Assembly: GCF_007109405.1 (NCBI RefSeq)
Contig: NZ_VJOY01000005.1
Span: 103,921-127,920 of the forward strand
Length of the DNA: 24,000 nucleotides
Direction of reading: 5' to 3'
DNA from: Pseudomonas mangiferae
GTDB lineage: Bacteria > Pseudomonadota > Gammaproteobacteria > Pseudomonadales > Pseudomonadaceae
In this document: one piece after another, positions 15,610-22,788 of the stretch
How positions within the stretch are numbered: position 1 is the first letter of the stretch
How the letters are laid out: every line of letters begins with the position of its first letter
The notes under the pieces: generated by a model
Databases searched by the model: none
The model's input: only the letters and a program-made list of their open reading frames with translations
Told to the model about the DNA's origin: nothing
Translations under genes and position numbers: made by a program

Positions 15610-17613
15610 ATGAGTGCGCCGTCGACCCCGGAGGCCGCGACGCCCCGCATGAACCCGCCGGTGTTCTACAGCTCGGCGGCGGTCATCCTGCTGTTCGGCC
15701 TGGTGGTGATGGGCGCGCCCCAGCGCGCCGGCGACTGGCTGCTGCGGGCCCAGACCTGGGCCGCCGACAGCGTCGGCTGGTACTACCTGCTGGCGATGAC
15801 CCTGTACTTGGTGTTCGTGGTGGTCACCGCCCTGTCCGGCTATGGCCGGATCAAGCTGGGGGCCGACCACGACGAGCCGGAGTTCAGCTACCTGTCCTGG
15901 GCCGGCATGCTGTTCGCCGCCGGGATCAGCATCACCCTGTTCTTCTTCTGCGTTTCCGAGCCCCTGACCCACTTCGCCCAGCCTCCCCAGGGCGAGGGCG
16001 GCAGCCGCGAGGCGGCGCGCCAGGCGATGCAGCTGCTGTTCCTGCACTGGGGCCTGCACGGCTGGGGCGTATTCGCCCTGGTGGCCATGGCGCTGGCCTA
16101 CTTCGCCTACCGCCACAATCTGCCCCTGGCCCTGCGCTCGGCCCTCTACCCGCTGATCGGCAAGCGCATCGACGGCCCCCTGGGCTACGCGGTGGACGCC
16201 TTCGGGATAATCGCCACGGTCTTCGGCCTGGGCGCCGACATGGGCTTCGGCGTACTGCACCTGAACGCCGGCCTCGACTACCTCGTCGGCATCCCCCACA
16301 GCGCCTGGGTGCAGGCCACGCTGATCGCGCTGATGATGGGTGCGGCGATCCTGGTGGCGGTGTCCGGGGTGGAAAAGGGCGTGCGCCTGATGTCCGACCT
16401 GAACATGCTGCTGGCCTGCGGGCTGCTGCTGTTCGTGCTATTCGCCGGCCCCACCCAGCATCTGCTCAACACCCTGATCCAGAACCTCGGGGACTACCTG
16501 GGCGCACTGCCCACCAAGAGCTTCGACCTCTACGCCTACGACGAGCCCTCCGACTGGCTGGGCGGCTGGACGGTGTTCTACTGGGCCTGGTGGATCGCCT
16601 GGGCGCCCTTCGTCGGGCTGTTCATCGCGCGCATCTCCCGCGGCCGGACGATCCGCGAGTTCGTCTTCGGCGTGCTGTTCATCCCCCTCGGCTTCACCCT
16701 GGCGTGGATGTCCATCTTCGGTAACAGCGCCCTGGACCAGGTGATTGGCCATGGCTTCGGCGACCTGGCGCGGGTCGCCGTGGAAGAGCCGGCCATGGCC
16801 ATCTACCGGCTGCTGGAAACCTACCCCTGGAGCCGGGCGGTGATCGGCACCACGGTGTTCGTCAGCTTCGTGTTCTTCGTCACCTCGGCGGATTCCGGCA
16901 CCGTGGTGCTGTCCACCCTCTCCGCCCGCGGCGGCAGCGTCGACGAGGACGGGCCGAAGTGGCTGCGGGTGTTCTGGGGTGTCACCACCGCCCTGGTCAC
17001 CAGCGGGTTGCTGTTCGCCGGCAGCATCGACGCGCTGAAATCGGCGGTGGTGCTCACCTCCCTGCCGTTCTCGCTGATCCTGCTGCTGATGATGTGGGGC
17101 CTGCACAAGGCCTTCTACCTGGAGTCCCAGCGCCAGCGCGCGCGGCTGCATTCGCCGATGCCGGTGACCGGCCGCTCCAGCCGCCACGGCGGCGGCTGGC
17201 GCCAGCGCCTGGGCCAGGCGGTGCACTTCCCGTCCCGGGACGAGGTATACCGCTTCATGGACAGCCGCGTGCGCCCGGCGATGGAGGACGTGGCGGCGCA
17301 ATTCCGCGAGAAGGGCCTGAGCGTCGACACCGACCTGGACGCCAACACCGCCAGCCTCAGCCTGGAGATCGGCCACGGCGAGGAACACCCGTTCCTCTAC
17401 CGGGTGATCATGCGCGGCTACTTCACCCCGTCCTTCGCCATCGCCGGCCTGCAGGCGCGCAACCTCAACAATCGCCGCTACTACCGCGCGGAGGTGCACC
17501 TGGCCGAGGGCAGCCAGGACTACGACCTGGTGGGCTACAGCCGGGAACAGGTGATCAACGACATCCTCGACCAGTACGAGCGGCACCTGCAGTTCCTGCA
17601 CCTGGTGCGTTGA
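15610..17613 (+). CDS. betT: BCCT-family choline/betaine transporter, BetT-like with long cytoplasmic C-terminal extension
   Basis: The BCCT signature WTVFYWAWWIAWAPFVGLFIARISRGRTIREF is present. The protein has 12 TM-type hydrophobic segments and a hydrophilic tail of about 150 aa, as in BetT. No in-frame start exists upstream of ATG 15610, since TGA lies at 15532. ATG 15649 is an alternative start. The symbol rests on family resemblance plus the upstream operator, not on a search. Confidence 0.85.
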   Translation: MSAPSTPEAATPRMNPPVFYSSAAVILLFGLVVMGAPQRAGDWLLRAQTWAADSVGWYYLLAMTLYLVFVVVTALSGYGRIKLGADHDEPEFSYLSWAGMLFAAGISITLFFFCVSEPLTHFAQPPQGEGGSREAARQAMQLLFLHWGLHGWGVFALVAMALAYFAYRHNLPLALRSALYPLIGKRIDGPLGYAVDAFGIIATVFGLGADMGFGVLHLNAGLDYLVGIPHSAWVQATLIALMMGAAILVAVSGVEKGVRLMSDLNMLLACGLLLFVLFAGPTQHLLNTLIQNLGDYLGALPTKSFDLYAYDEPSDWLGGWTVFYWAWWIAWAPFVGLFIARISRGRTIREFVFGVLFIPLGFTLAWMSIFGNSALDQVIGHGFGDLARVAVEEPAMAIYRLLETYPWSRAVIGTTVFVSFVFFVTSADSGTVVLSTLSARGGSVDEDGPKWLRVFWGVTTALVTSGLLFAGSIDALKSAVVLTSLPFSLILLLMMWGLHKAFYLESQRQRARLHSPMPVTGRSSRHGGGWRQRLGQAVHFPSRDEVYRFMDSRVRPAMEDVAAQFREKGLSVDTDLDANTASLSLEIGHGEEHPFLYRVIMRGYFTPSFAIAGLQARNLNNRRYYRAEVHLAEGSQDYDLVGYSREQVINDILDQYERHLQFLHLVR

Positions 17614-17621
17614 GGCCGGGG

Positions 17622-17654
17622 GGGGACGCGAGCAGGCGCCCTTCCCCTCGTTTT
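17622..17654 (+). terminator. Weak candidate intrinsic terminator after the BCCT gene
   Basis: GGGGA-CGC (17622-17629) can pair with GCG (17636-17638) and TCCCC (17643-17647). The pairing has a 6-nt loop and a 4-nt bulge and is followed by TCGTTTT (17648-17654). The stem is imperfect, so this is tentative. Confidence 0.3.
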
Positions 17655-17748
17655 CCGGGGGCTCGCCGCGTTCGAACTGTGCGTGACACCACAGGATCAT
17701 TCGCGCTTCTCCAGCATGCTGGCGCGTCCATGGCAAAGGGAATTCATC

Positions 17749-18534
17749 ATGCTGACGTTCACACGCAATACACGGGACGCCGACCCCGTCACCGGAACGG
17801 TCGACCTGGTCATCGGCAACAAACTGACGGTGAAGCTGAATGGCCTGGGGCCCGACAAGAAACATTACCAGGTCACCAGCGACAGCCCGTGCATCGACGT
17901 GAAACAGAAAGCGGACGAACGCTTCCAGGAACAGACGATCCGCTTCGAGGCCAGAATGGCCTGTCAGGGCGCCCGCATCACGGCGCTCAGTGGCACAGGT
18001 GAGAAATTCCTGACAGGGCTGACGTTTAATGTCGTGCCAAGGCTGGAGCTTCCACCCGTGAATACGGATGAGGGTGCGCTTGCACGGGTATTGTTGGCCG
18101 AATCCATAACCCCGGACGACCAAGAATTTCCTGGTGGCGAAGCCTCACTTACATCGATGCGCCTAATACAACAGGTACTCCTAAACAGATTAGGCTTTCC
18201 TGATATCAGCGTCTTCAATCGGCCAAGCGCTCGCACTATTACTGCACTCATCATGGCAGGCCTGGGAAATGAAGTTAAAGGTTTCGGGGCCTATCCAAAT
18301 ATTGAGGCCAAACAAGCCAGACTTATCGCGAATATACTTACTATCGGAAACGATGCCAGTGACAGACGTTACGCACTGTATCGAGATCATATTAAAAGGG
18401 CACTGGATGTCGTCACTGGCACGGTACCGCGCCTGGAGGGTGATTACTACGGATGGAGAACCAAAGAATCCTCTCACCCGGGCGGTGCCTATGAACAGCC
18501 CTACAATATCGCCGGCCAGACTTTTATAAACTAA
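17749..18534 (+). CDS. Hypothetical two-domain protein: N-terminal beta-rich domain plus C-terminal SleB/CwlJ (Hydrolase_2)-like cell-wall hydrolase-type domain; candidate antibacterial effector
   Basis: I prefer ATG 17749, with AAGGGA at 17736-17741 and a 7-nt spacer. The track start 17683 is a GTG. There is no signal peptide. The C-terminal half has three motifs in the family order. LARVLLAES corresponds to LARxxxGEA with the catalytic Glu. MRLIQQVLLNRL corresponds to VAxVILNRV. The terminal IAGQTFIN corresponds to IGxHxFY. The resemblance is at motif level only. Confidence 0.6.
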   Translation: MLTFTRNTRDADPVTGTVDLVIGNKLTVKLNGLGPDKKHYQVTSDSPCIDVKQKADERFQEQTIRFEARMACQGARITALSGTGEKFLTGLTFNVVPRLELPPVNTDEGALARVLLAESITPDDQEFPGGEASLTSMRLIQQVLLNRLGFPDISVFNRPSARTITALIMAGLGNEVKGFGAYPNIEAKQARLIANILTIGNDASDRRYALYRDHIKRALDVVTGTVPRLEGDYYGWRTKESSHPGGAYEQPYNIAGQTFIN

Positions 18535-18568
18535 GCCGCTCTTTTACAGAGAGATACAGGAAGACAAA

Positions 18569-19108
18569 ATGATGTCACGCGCTCTTTATCTTCTAGCATT
18601 ATCAGCGTGTTTATTGGGCATTAGCCATATCCCCATCGCTCACTCCAAAGAAAAATTCGGGCCCACTATATTCGAGGGACAAGTTTCACGTTTCGATGCA
18701 AGCCAGGCTCCACTTTTCCTGGAGCCTCTATACGAACTGCAATACCTGATCGTGAGCATGGGGAAAAATCAAATACTCAATCACTTCTGCATGGTCGGCT
18801 ATCGGTGGCCGGACGGCCATCAACGGGTAGCGGTGTACTGGCCGGAGGGACGGACGATCTATCGCTGGAATGGCCGGCGTGACAAGCCTGACCGATACAG
18901 CCGCTATGCCTCCACATTGTTCATGTCGCCCAGCATCGATCTCGACCACAACGTAGTGGAGCGCCAGGAAGACATGGGCATGGCCACCTACCTGCGATCG
19001 TCCGTGGGCGGGACGATCGCGGACTGCAAGGCGCACGGAACCTGGTACCGCGTGGAGCCCTTCCAGCCGCCGAAGGACGAAGACAACGATGAAGAAGGAT
19101 GGGAGTGA
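18569..19108 (+). CDS. Exported/lipoprotein partner of the upstream hydrolase-like gene; candidate periplasmic immunity protein
   Basis: AGGAAG (18558-18563) lies 5 nt before ATG 18569, and the gene starts 34 nt after the upstream stop. The N-terminus MMSRALYLLALSAC carries a lipobox-like L-S-A-C. Alternatively, signal peptidase I could cleave after IAHS. The tail is acidic (KDEDNDEEGWE). No family recognised. Confidence 0.6.
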   Translation: MMSRALYLLALSACLLGISHIPIAHSKEKFGPTIFEGQVSRFDASQAPLFLEPLYELQYLIVSMGKNQILNHFCMVGYRWPDGHQRVAVYWPEGRTIYRWNGRRDKPDRYSRYASTLFMSPSIDLDHNVVERQEDMGMATYLRSSVGGTIADCKAHGTWYRVEPFQPPKDEDNDEEGWE

Positions 19109-19148
19109 CGCAGGCTAGTTAGCGCCATCAGGTGCGTGGATAGGGTGA

Positions 19149-19619
19149 TTAGCGACAGTCGAACCGTCCACGCCAGCCTGCTGGATGGTCGCCTCGCCAC
19201 ATTGTTCCAACGCAAGTCTCACGATGATCGTCTAAGCGTCGACCCAGCTTCAGCAAGCCGCTTCCGTATTCGCAGACCAGCCATTTTCCGTCAGGGTAAT
19301 CCCCTTCAAATGACCAGGTAGAGGAAGCATCATCGGCATCAGGTCCGTCAGCATCCTGAGGTTTGAGCGCTCCGCCATGCTCAGGCGGACCATCGTATAC
19401 AGCGATGCTTTCTAATACCAATTGCGTGGGAATAGAAACCAACCTTGTTTCAGCAGGTAAATCTGCAGCCTTTATTTCAGCCGATTGAATCGGCAGCGTG
19501 AATGGGCATTCGAATTTTTCGCTTTCGGCCGTTTCCCGCGCATGAGCTTCCCCACAAAAAATAAGCAATATTAGTAGCGGTAATTTTCTCAAAAAATTAT
19601 TCAATGATTGAATATGCAT
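19149..19619 (-). CDS. Exported partner of the papain-fold gene; candidate periplasmic immunity protein
   Basis: Starting at ATG 19619 gives MHIQSLNNFLRKLPLLILLIFCGEAHA/RE, a signal peptide, and overlaps the upstream gene by 23 nt. An alternative TTG at 19592 gives MRKLPLLILLIFCGEAHA with no overlap. The mature protein has four Cys (ECPF, LVCEY, ETCVG, FDCR), consistent with periplasmic disulfides. The longer track ORF (to 19805) runs inside the upstream gene. Confidence 0.55.
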   Translation of the reverse strand: MHIQSLNNFLRKLPLLILLIFCGEAHARETAESEKFECPFTLPIQSAEIKAADLPAETRLVSIPTQLVLESIAVYDGPPEHGGALKPQDADGPDADDASSTWSFEGDYPDGKWLVCEYGSGLLKLGRRLDDHRETCVGTMWRGDHPAGWRGRFDCR

Positions 19620-19992
19620 CGGCATTATTGCTCGGATCATTATATCCACCTTTACTATTTTTACCCTTTCTACGGATGTATCTTTTGGAAACGAAAGGCT
19701 TTCTCTTGTCATCCTTCCACTGATCCATAATCCATATGCCATTGGCATCTTTTGAAAGAAAGAATGCAGCATGATTACCCGTAGAGTGGTTAGAGTAAAC
19801 GCCATTACTGAATGTGGCTATCGCCGTTCCCTTGTGAATTATTTTGTTCTCGTCTTCAAATACAGATTTTCCTTCATGCCAAAAAGCCGTATTAGGTATA
19901 TTTGTATAATGCTGAAGAAGTGCTACGCATTGCTTGGAGCCAACTTTGCTTGTGTTCTCCAACCCGTCTGCTTCTGGATAAATATAGGGCAT
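19597..19992 (-). CDS. Small (131 aa) papain-fold (NlpC/P60/CHAP-like) Cys-His hydrolase, BPSL0067/Tae2-like; candidate peptidoglycan amidase effector
   Basis: The order Cys (GSKQCVALLQHY), His (TGNHAAFFL), polar residue (IMDQW) is typical of papain-fold amidases. There is no signal peptide. The size and motifs match my recollection of the 'BPSL0067 family' and the Tae2 T6SS amidases. This is unverified. Confidence 0.65.
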   Translation of the reverse strand: MPYIYPEADGLENTSKVGSKQCVALLQHYTNIPNTAFWHEGKSVFEDENKIIHKGTAIATFSNGVYSNHSTGNHAAFFLSKDANGIWIMDQWKDDKRKPFVSKRYIRRKGKNSKGGYNDPSNNADAYSIIE

Positions 19993-20286
19993 AAAATAGC
20001 TGCTCGAATTTTTAATGAATAGTAAATTTTCAGAAAAATTTTGAACATGGTCTGATTCACATTTTCAACAGATCAATAGAGAGTTCGGCAGAGAACTGCG
20101 CCATCCAGTTAAGATTTTTATGCATGCGGGCATTGAATCAGCTGTTCCGATTGCTTCGATCTGACAAAGCAGCTGTCGTCTGGCCACATTGACCACGCCA
20201 CCCCTCATTCCCAGCCATCGACCGCGCTGAACTCTGCTGGCGGCCCATTGCCCACTTCCTTACCCATCGGAAAGAGGAGACAGGTT

Positions 20287-21399
20287 GTGAGCAACCCAGG
20301 CACGCAAGGCAAGGTGCGCTACGCCGTGGTCGGAGGCGGCTGGATATCCCAGGCGGCGTTCATGCCCGGCGTCGGCCAGACCGAGAATTCCGTGATGACC
20401 GCCCTGGTCACCGGCGACCCGCGCAAGGCCGACGAATTGGCCGGGCGCTATGGCCTGAAAAGTTATGCCTACGAGGACTACGAGAACCTGCTGGGCTCCG
20501 GGGAGATCGACGCGGTGTACATCGCCACGCCGAACTTCCTGCACCGCCAGTTCGTGCTGCCGGCGCTGAAGGCCGGCATCCACGTGTTGCTGGAGAAGCC
20601 CGCCGAAGCCGGCGAGGCGGCGGCGCGGGAGATCTTCGAGGCGACCAAGGCGTCCCGCGCCAAGCTGATGGTCGCCTACCGCCTGCACCACGAGCCAGGC
20701 ACCCTGGAGATGATCGAGCGGGTACGCGCCCGGGAGTTCGGCGACCCACGGCTGTTCACCTCCACCTTCTCCCAAAAGGTAGACCCGTCCAACCACCGCG
20801 CCCGCAACGGCTTCTGGGCCGGCCCGGTGGCGGATATGGGGCCCTACCCGCTGAACGCCGTGCGCAACCTGTTCGGTGCCGAGCCCATCGAGGTGAGCGC
20901 CGTAGGCGTGAAAACCCCGGGCCTGGGCTTCGATTTCCACGACAGCGTCACCGTTACCCTGCGCTTCCCCGAGGAACGCCTGGCCACCTTCACCGTGAGC
21001 TACAGCGTGCCGGGCAGCGAGCGCTTCCAGCTGATCGGCAGCGAGGGGGAGATCGAGGCGTCGCCCTGTTTCGGTTTCGGCCCGGGTACGGCGATCACCT
21101 ACCGCACCACCCGCGGCGAGCAGCAGGAGGAACGCCGCCAGGCGGTGCTGGACCAGTTCGCCGGCGAGACCGCGTATTTCTCCGACTGCATCCTCAACGA
21201 CCGCCAGCCGGAAGCCGATGCCGAGGAAGGCTGGCTGGACGTGCGGGTGATCGCCGCGGTGGAGCGCGCCCTGGAGAGCGGCCAATCCCAGCGGCTGGAG
21301 CCCTACGACCGCAGCAAGCGCCCTGGCCGCGACCAGGCCCGCCAGTACCCCCAGGGCGAGGTGCCGTCGTTCATCGACGCCGAGCCGCCCACCGGCTGA
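20287..21399 (+). CDS. Gfo/Idh/MocA-family NAD(P)-dependent oxidoreductase
   Basis: GTG 20287 is preceded by GAGGAG (20275-20280). The Rossmann N-terminus is VRYAVVGGGWISQAAF, followed by the family EKP motif (HVLLEKPAE) and a C-terminal alpha/beta domain. The track's 20248 start adds 13 codons without an RBS. Confidence 0.85.
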   Translation: MSNPGTQGKVRYAVVGGGWISQAAFMPGVGQTENSVMTALVTGDPRKADELAGRYGLKSYAYEDYENLLGSGEIDAVYIATPNFLHRQFVLPALKAGIHVLLEKPAEAGEAAAREIFEATKASRAKLMVAYRLHHEPGTLEMIERVRAREFGDPRLFTSTFSQKVDPSNHRARNGFWAGPVADMGPYPLNAVRNLFGAEPIEVSAVGVKTPGLGFDFHDSVTVTLRFPEERLATFTVSYSVPGSERFQLIGSEGEIEASPCFGFGPGTAITYRTTRGEQQEERRQAVLDQFAGETAYFSDCILNDRQPEADAEEGWLDVRVIAAVERALESGQSQRLEPYDRSKRPGRDQARQYPQGEVPSFIDAEPPTG

Positions 21400-21433
21400 A
21401 GGCTGGCCAGGCCACGGCAAGACCCGAAACAGC

Positions 21434-21451
21434 GGCGGGCCATGGCCCGCC
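21434..21451. terminator. Perfect 18-nt GC palindrome downstream of the oxidoreductase gene (possible stem-loop/terminator)
   Basis: GGCGGGCCATGGCCCGCC is its own reverse complement. It starts 35 nt after the stop at 21399. No U-tract follows on either strand, so function is uncertain. Confidence 0.3.
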
Positions 21452-21753
21452 TGCTGGTTGGCGCCCCTGCGAAGGCATGCGGCCCAGCGCCTTCAGCCGT
21501 CACCGGCCCTGTCGTGATCCCTCGAATTGAGATGATCAGGGACGTGTTCGGCTGTTGGCCGGCGGCGGGGAGTCGGCCGAAGTCGCGGTCGGCCACCTCT
21601 GTCCTGGCGGCCCACTCAACCTGGTTCATGCCACCGAGGGAGCCTCCTCTGCCCCACATGTTGTTTCGGTCCGGCATCCCGATCCTGCGCAACGACTGCT
21701 GCCTATTGGACCGCCCGCGCTGACAGCACCACCGTCGTCTCACGGTCCAAGCC

Positions 21754-22665
21754 TCAATCGTCCAGATGGAGCGCTAATCGGCTGTCGAAACACCGCCGCT
21801 GGCCGTTGAGGGGATCGTCGAAGACCAGGCGCCGCGCCAGCAGTTGCAGGGGGCGGCGGTAGTCGTCGGTTTCCCGCTGGGCACGCTCCAGCAGCACCGG
21901 GTAGAACGGATCGCCGAGGATCGGCGCGCCCAGCCCGGCCATGTGCACCCGCAACTGGTGCTTGCGCCCGGTGACCGGCTCCAGCTGGTAGTGCCAATGC
22001 TGCGCATGGCGCGCCAACACCTCGATCCGCGTCTCGCTGTTGGGCTCGCCACCGACGCCTTCGCGCATGCGGAAGAACGGCTCGCCGGGTTCCAGGCGCG
22101 AGCGATGAAGGTAGGGGAACTGCAGCTGCGGAAGGGCCGGCGCCAGCGCTTCGTAGGTCTTGTGGATGCGTCGCTGGCGGAACAGCGCCTGGTAGGCGTC
22201 GCGGGTGGCGGGGTCCACCGAGAACAGCACCAGGCCGGCGGTGAGGCGGTCGATGCGGTGGATCGGCACCAGGTGGGGGTTGTCCAGGCGCTTCATCAGC
22301 CGCGCCAGGAGGGTCTGCTCCACGTACGCGCCCGAGGGCATCACCGGCAGGAAATGCGGCTTGTCCACCACCAGCAGGTGGGCATCTTGGTGCAGCACGG
22401 TTTCTTCGAAGGGGATCGGGGTCTCCGCCTCCACCTCGCGGAAATAATGGACTCGCTGGCCGACCCGGTATGGCTGGGTCGCCGCCAGTGGCTGGCCCTC
22501 GGCGTCCAGCACCCGGCCCCGGGCGAAACGATCCAGCCAGCGCGCCCGGGAGACCGTCGGAAACCGCGCGCACAGGCCCTCCAGCAGCGTCGGCCAGTCG
22601 CCCACGGGCAGGTGCACGGTGCTGGCGCCGGCGGGCAGCGTGGGAACGGGGCGCTCGGGCATCAT
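21754..22665 (-). CDS. RluA-family pseudouridine synthase
   Basis: The catalytic motif HRIDRLTAGLVLF is present, together with VVDKPHFLPV and GRKHQLRVHMA. These are conserved blocks of the RluA/TruC family. Tandem ATGs occur at 22665 and 22662, and GAGG spacing favours 22662 slightly. Confidence 0.85.
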   Translation of the reverse strand: MMPERPVPTLPAGASTVHLPVGDWPTLLEGLCARFPTVSRARWLDRFARGRVLDAEGQPLAATQPYRVGQRVHYFREVEAETPIPFEETVLHQDAHLLVVDKPHFLPVMPSGAYVEQTLLARLMKRLDNPHLVPIHRIDRLTAGLVLFSVDPATRDAYQALFRQRRIHKTYEALAPALPQLQFPYLHRSRLEPGEPFFRMREGVGGEPNSETRIEVLARHAQHWHYQLEPVTGRKHQLRVHMAGLGAPILGDPFYPVLLERAQRETDDYRRPLQLLARRLVFDDPLNGQRRCFDSRLALHLDD

Positions 22666-22788
22666 CGGCCTCGGGGGCTGAAACGGGCCGCCATTAGGCC
22701 GCAGTGCCGGGGCCCGGTCAAAGGGCGGCGAGGGTCGCGCGGGCCCGCCACCCCGGTAGCGCGCAGGGAGCTGGCCACGCGTCGCCGC

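Larger units (their letters stand above)
17640..20250. other. Compositionally foreign islet (low G+C) carrying four small genes; no mobility genes
   Basis: Hand counts of 60-nt lines inside the islet give 47% (18181-18240), 43% (18301-18360), 25% (19561-19620) and 23% (19981-20040). The flanks give about 65-68% (for example 17761-17820 and 17941-18000). Boundaries are approximate. Confidence 0.7.

Noticed and set aside
17618-17625. G8 homopolymer immediately after the BCCT stop codon, considered as a phase-variable tract
   Set aside because: It is intergenic and forms part of the putative terminator stem. No ORF or promoter spacing would obviously be affected by slippage.
17667-17682. Possible direct repeat flanking the islet: cgcgttcgaactgtgc (17667-17682) versus cgcgctgaactctgc (20223-20237)
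   Set aside because: The shared pattern is only about 13 positions, with an indel and mismatches. This is within chance expectation for two GC-rich flanks and is not convincing as an att or target-site duplication.
16438-18123. 561-aa minus-strand ORF opposite the BCCT transporter and running into gene A. Also 21844..23793 (+) opposite the pseudouridine synthase and hydrolase, and 20260..21420 (-) opposite the oxidoreductase
   Set aside because: These are antisense shadow ORFs of high-GC coding regions. In each case the opposite strand carries diagnostic motifs.
19136-19321. 61-aa plus-strand ORF, plus the 83-aa ORF at 19771..20022 (+) and the antisense ORFs at 17964..18254 and 18190..18477 (-) inside the islet
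   Set aside because: Each is fully antisense to a longer ORF that has an RBS, signal-peptide logic or catalytic motifs. None has an RBS or recognisable features.
21442-21723. 93-aa plus-strand ORF, and the 146-aa minus-strand ORF at 21303..21743, in the convergent spacer
   Set aside because: Neither has an RBS, a motif, or hydrophobic or structural periodicity. The minus-strand ORF overlaps the 3' end of the oxidoreductase gene. Both are treated as non-coding pending a blastx check.
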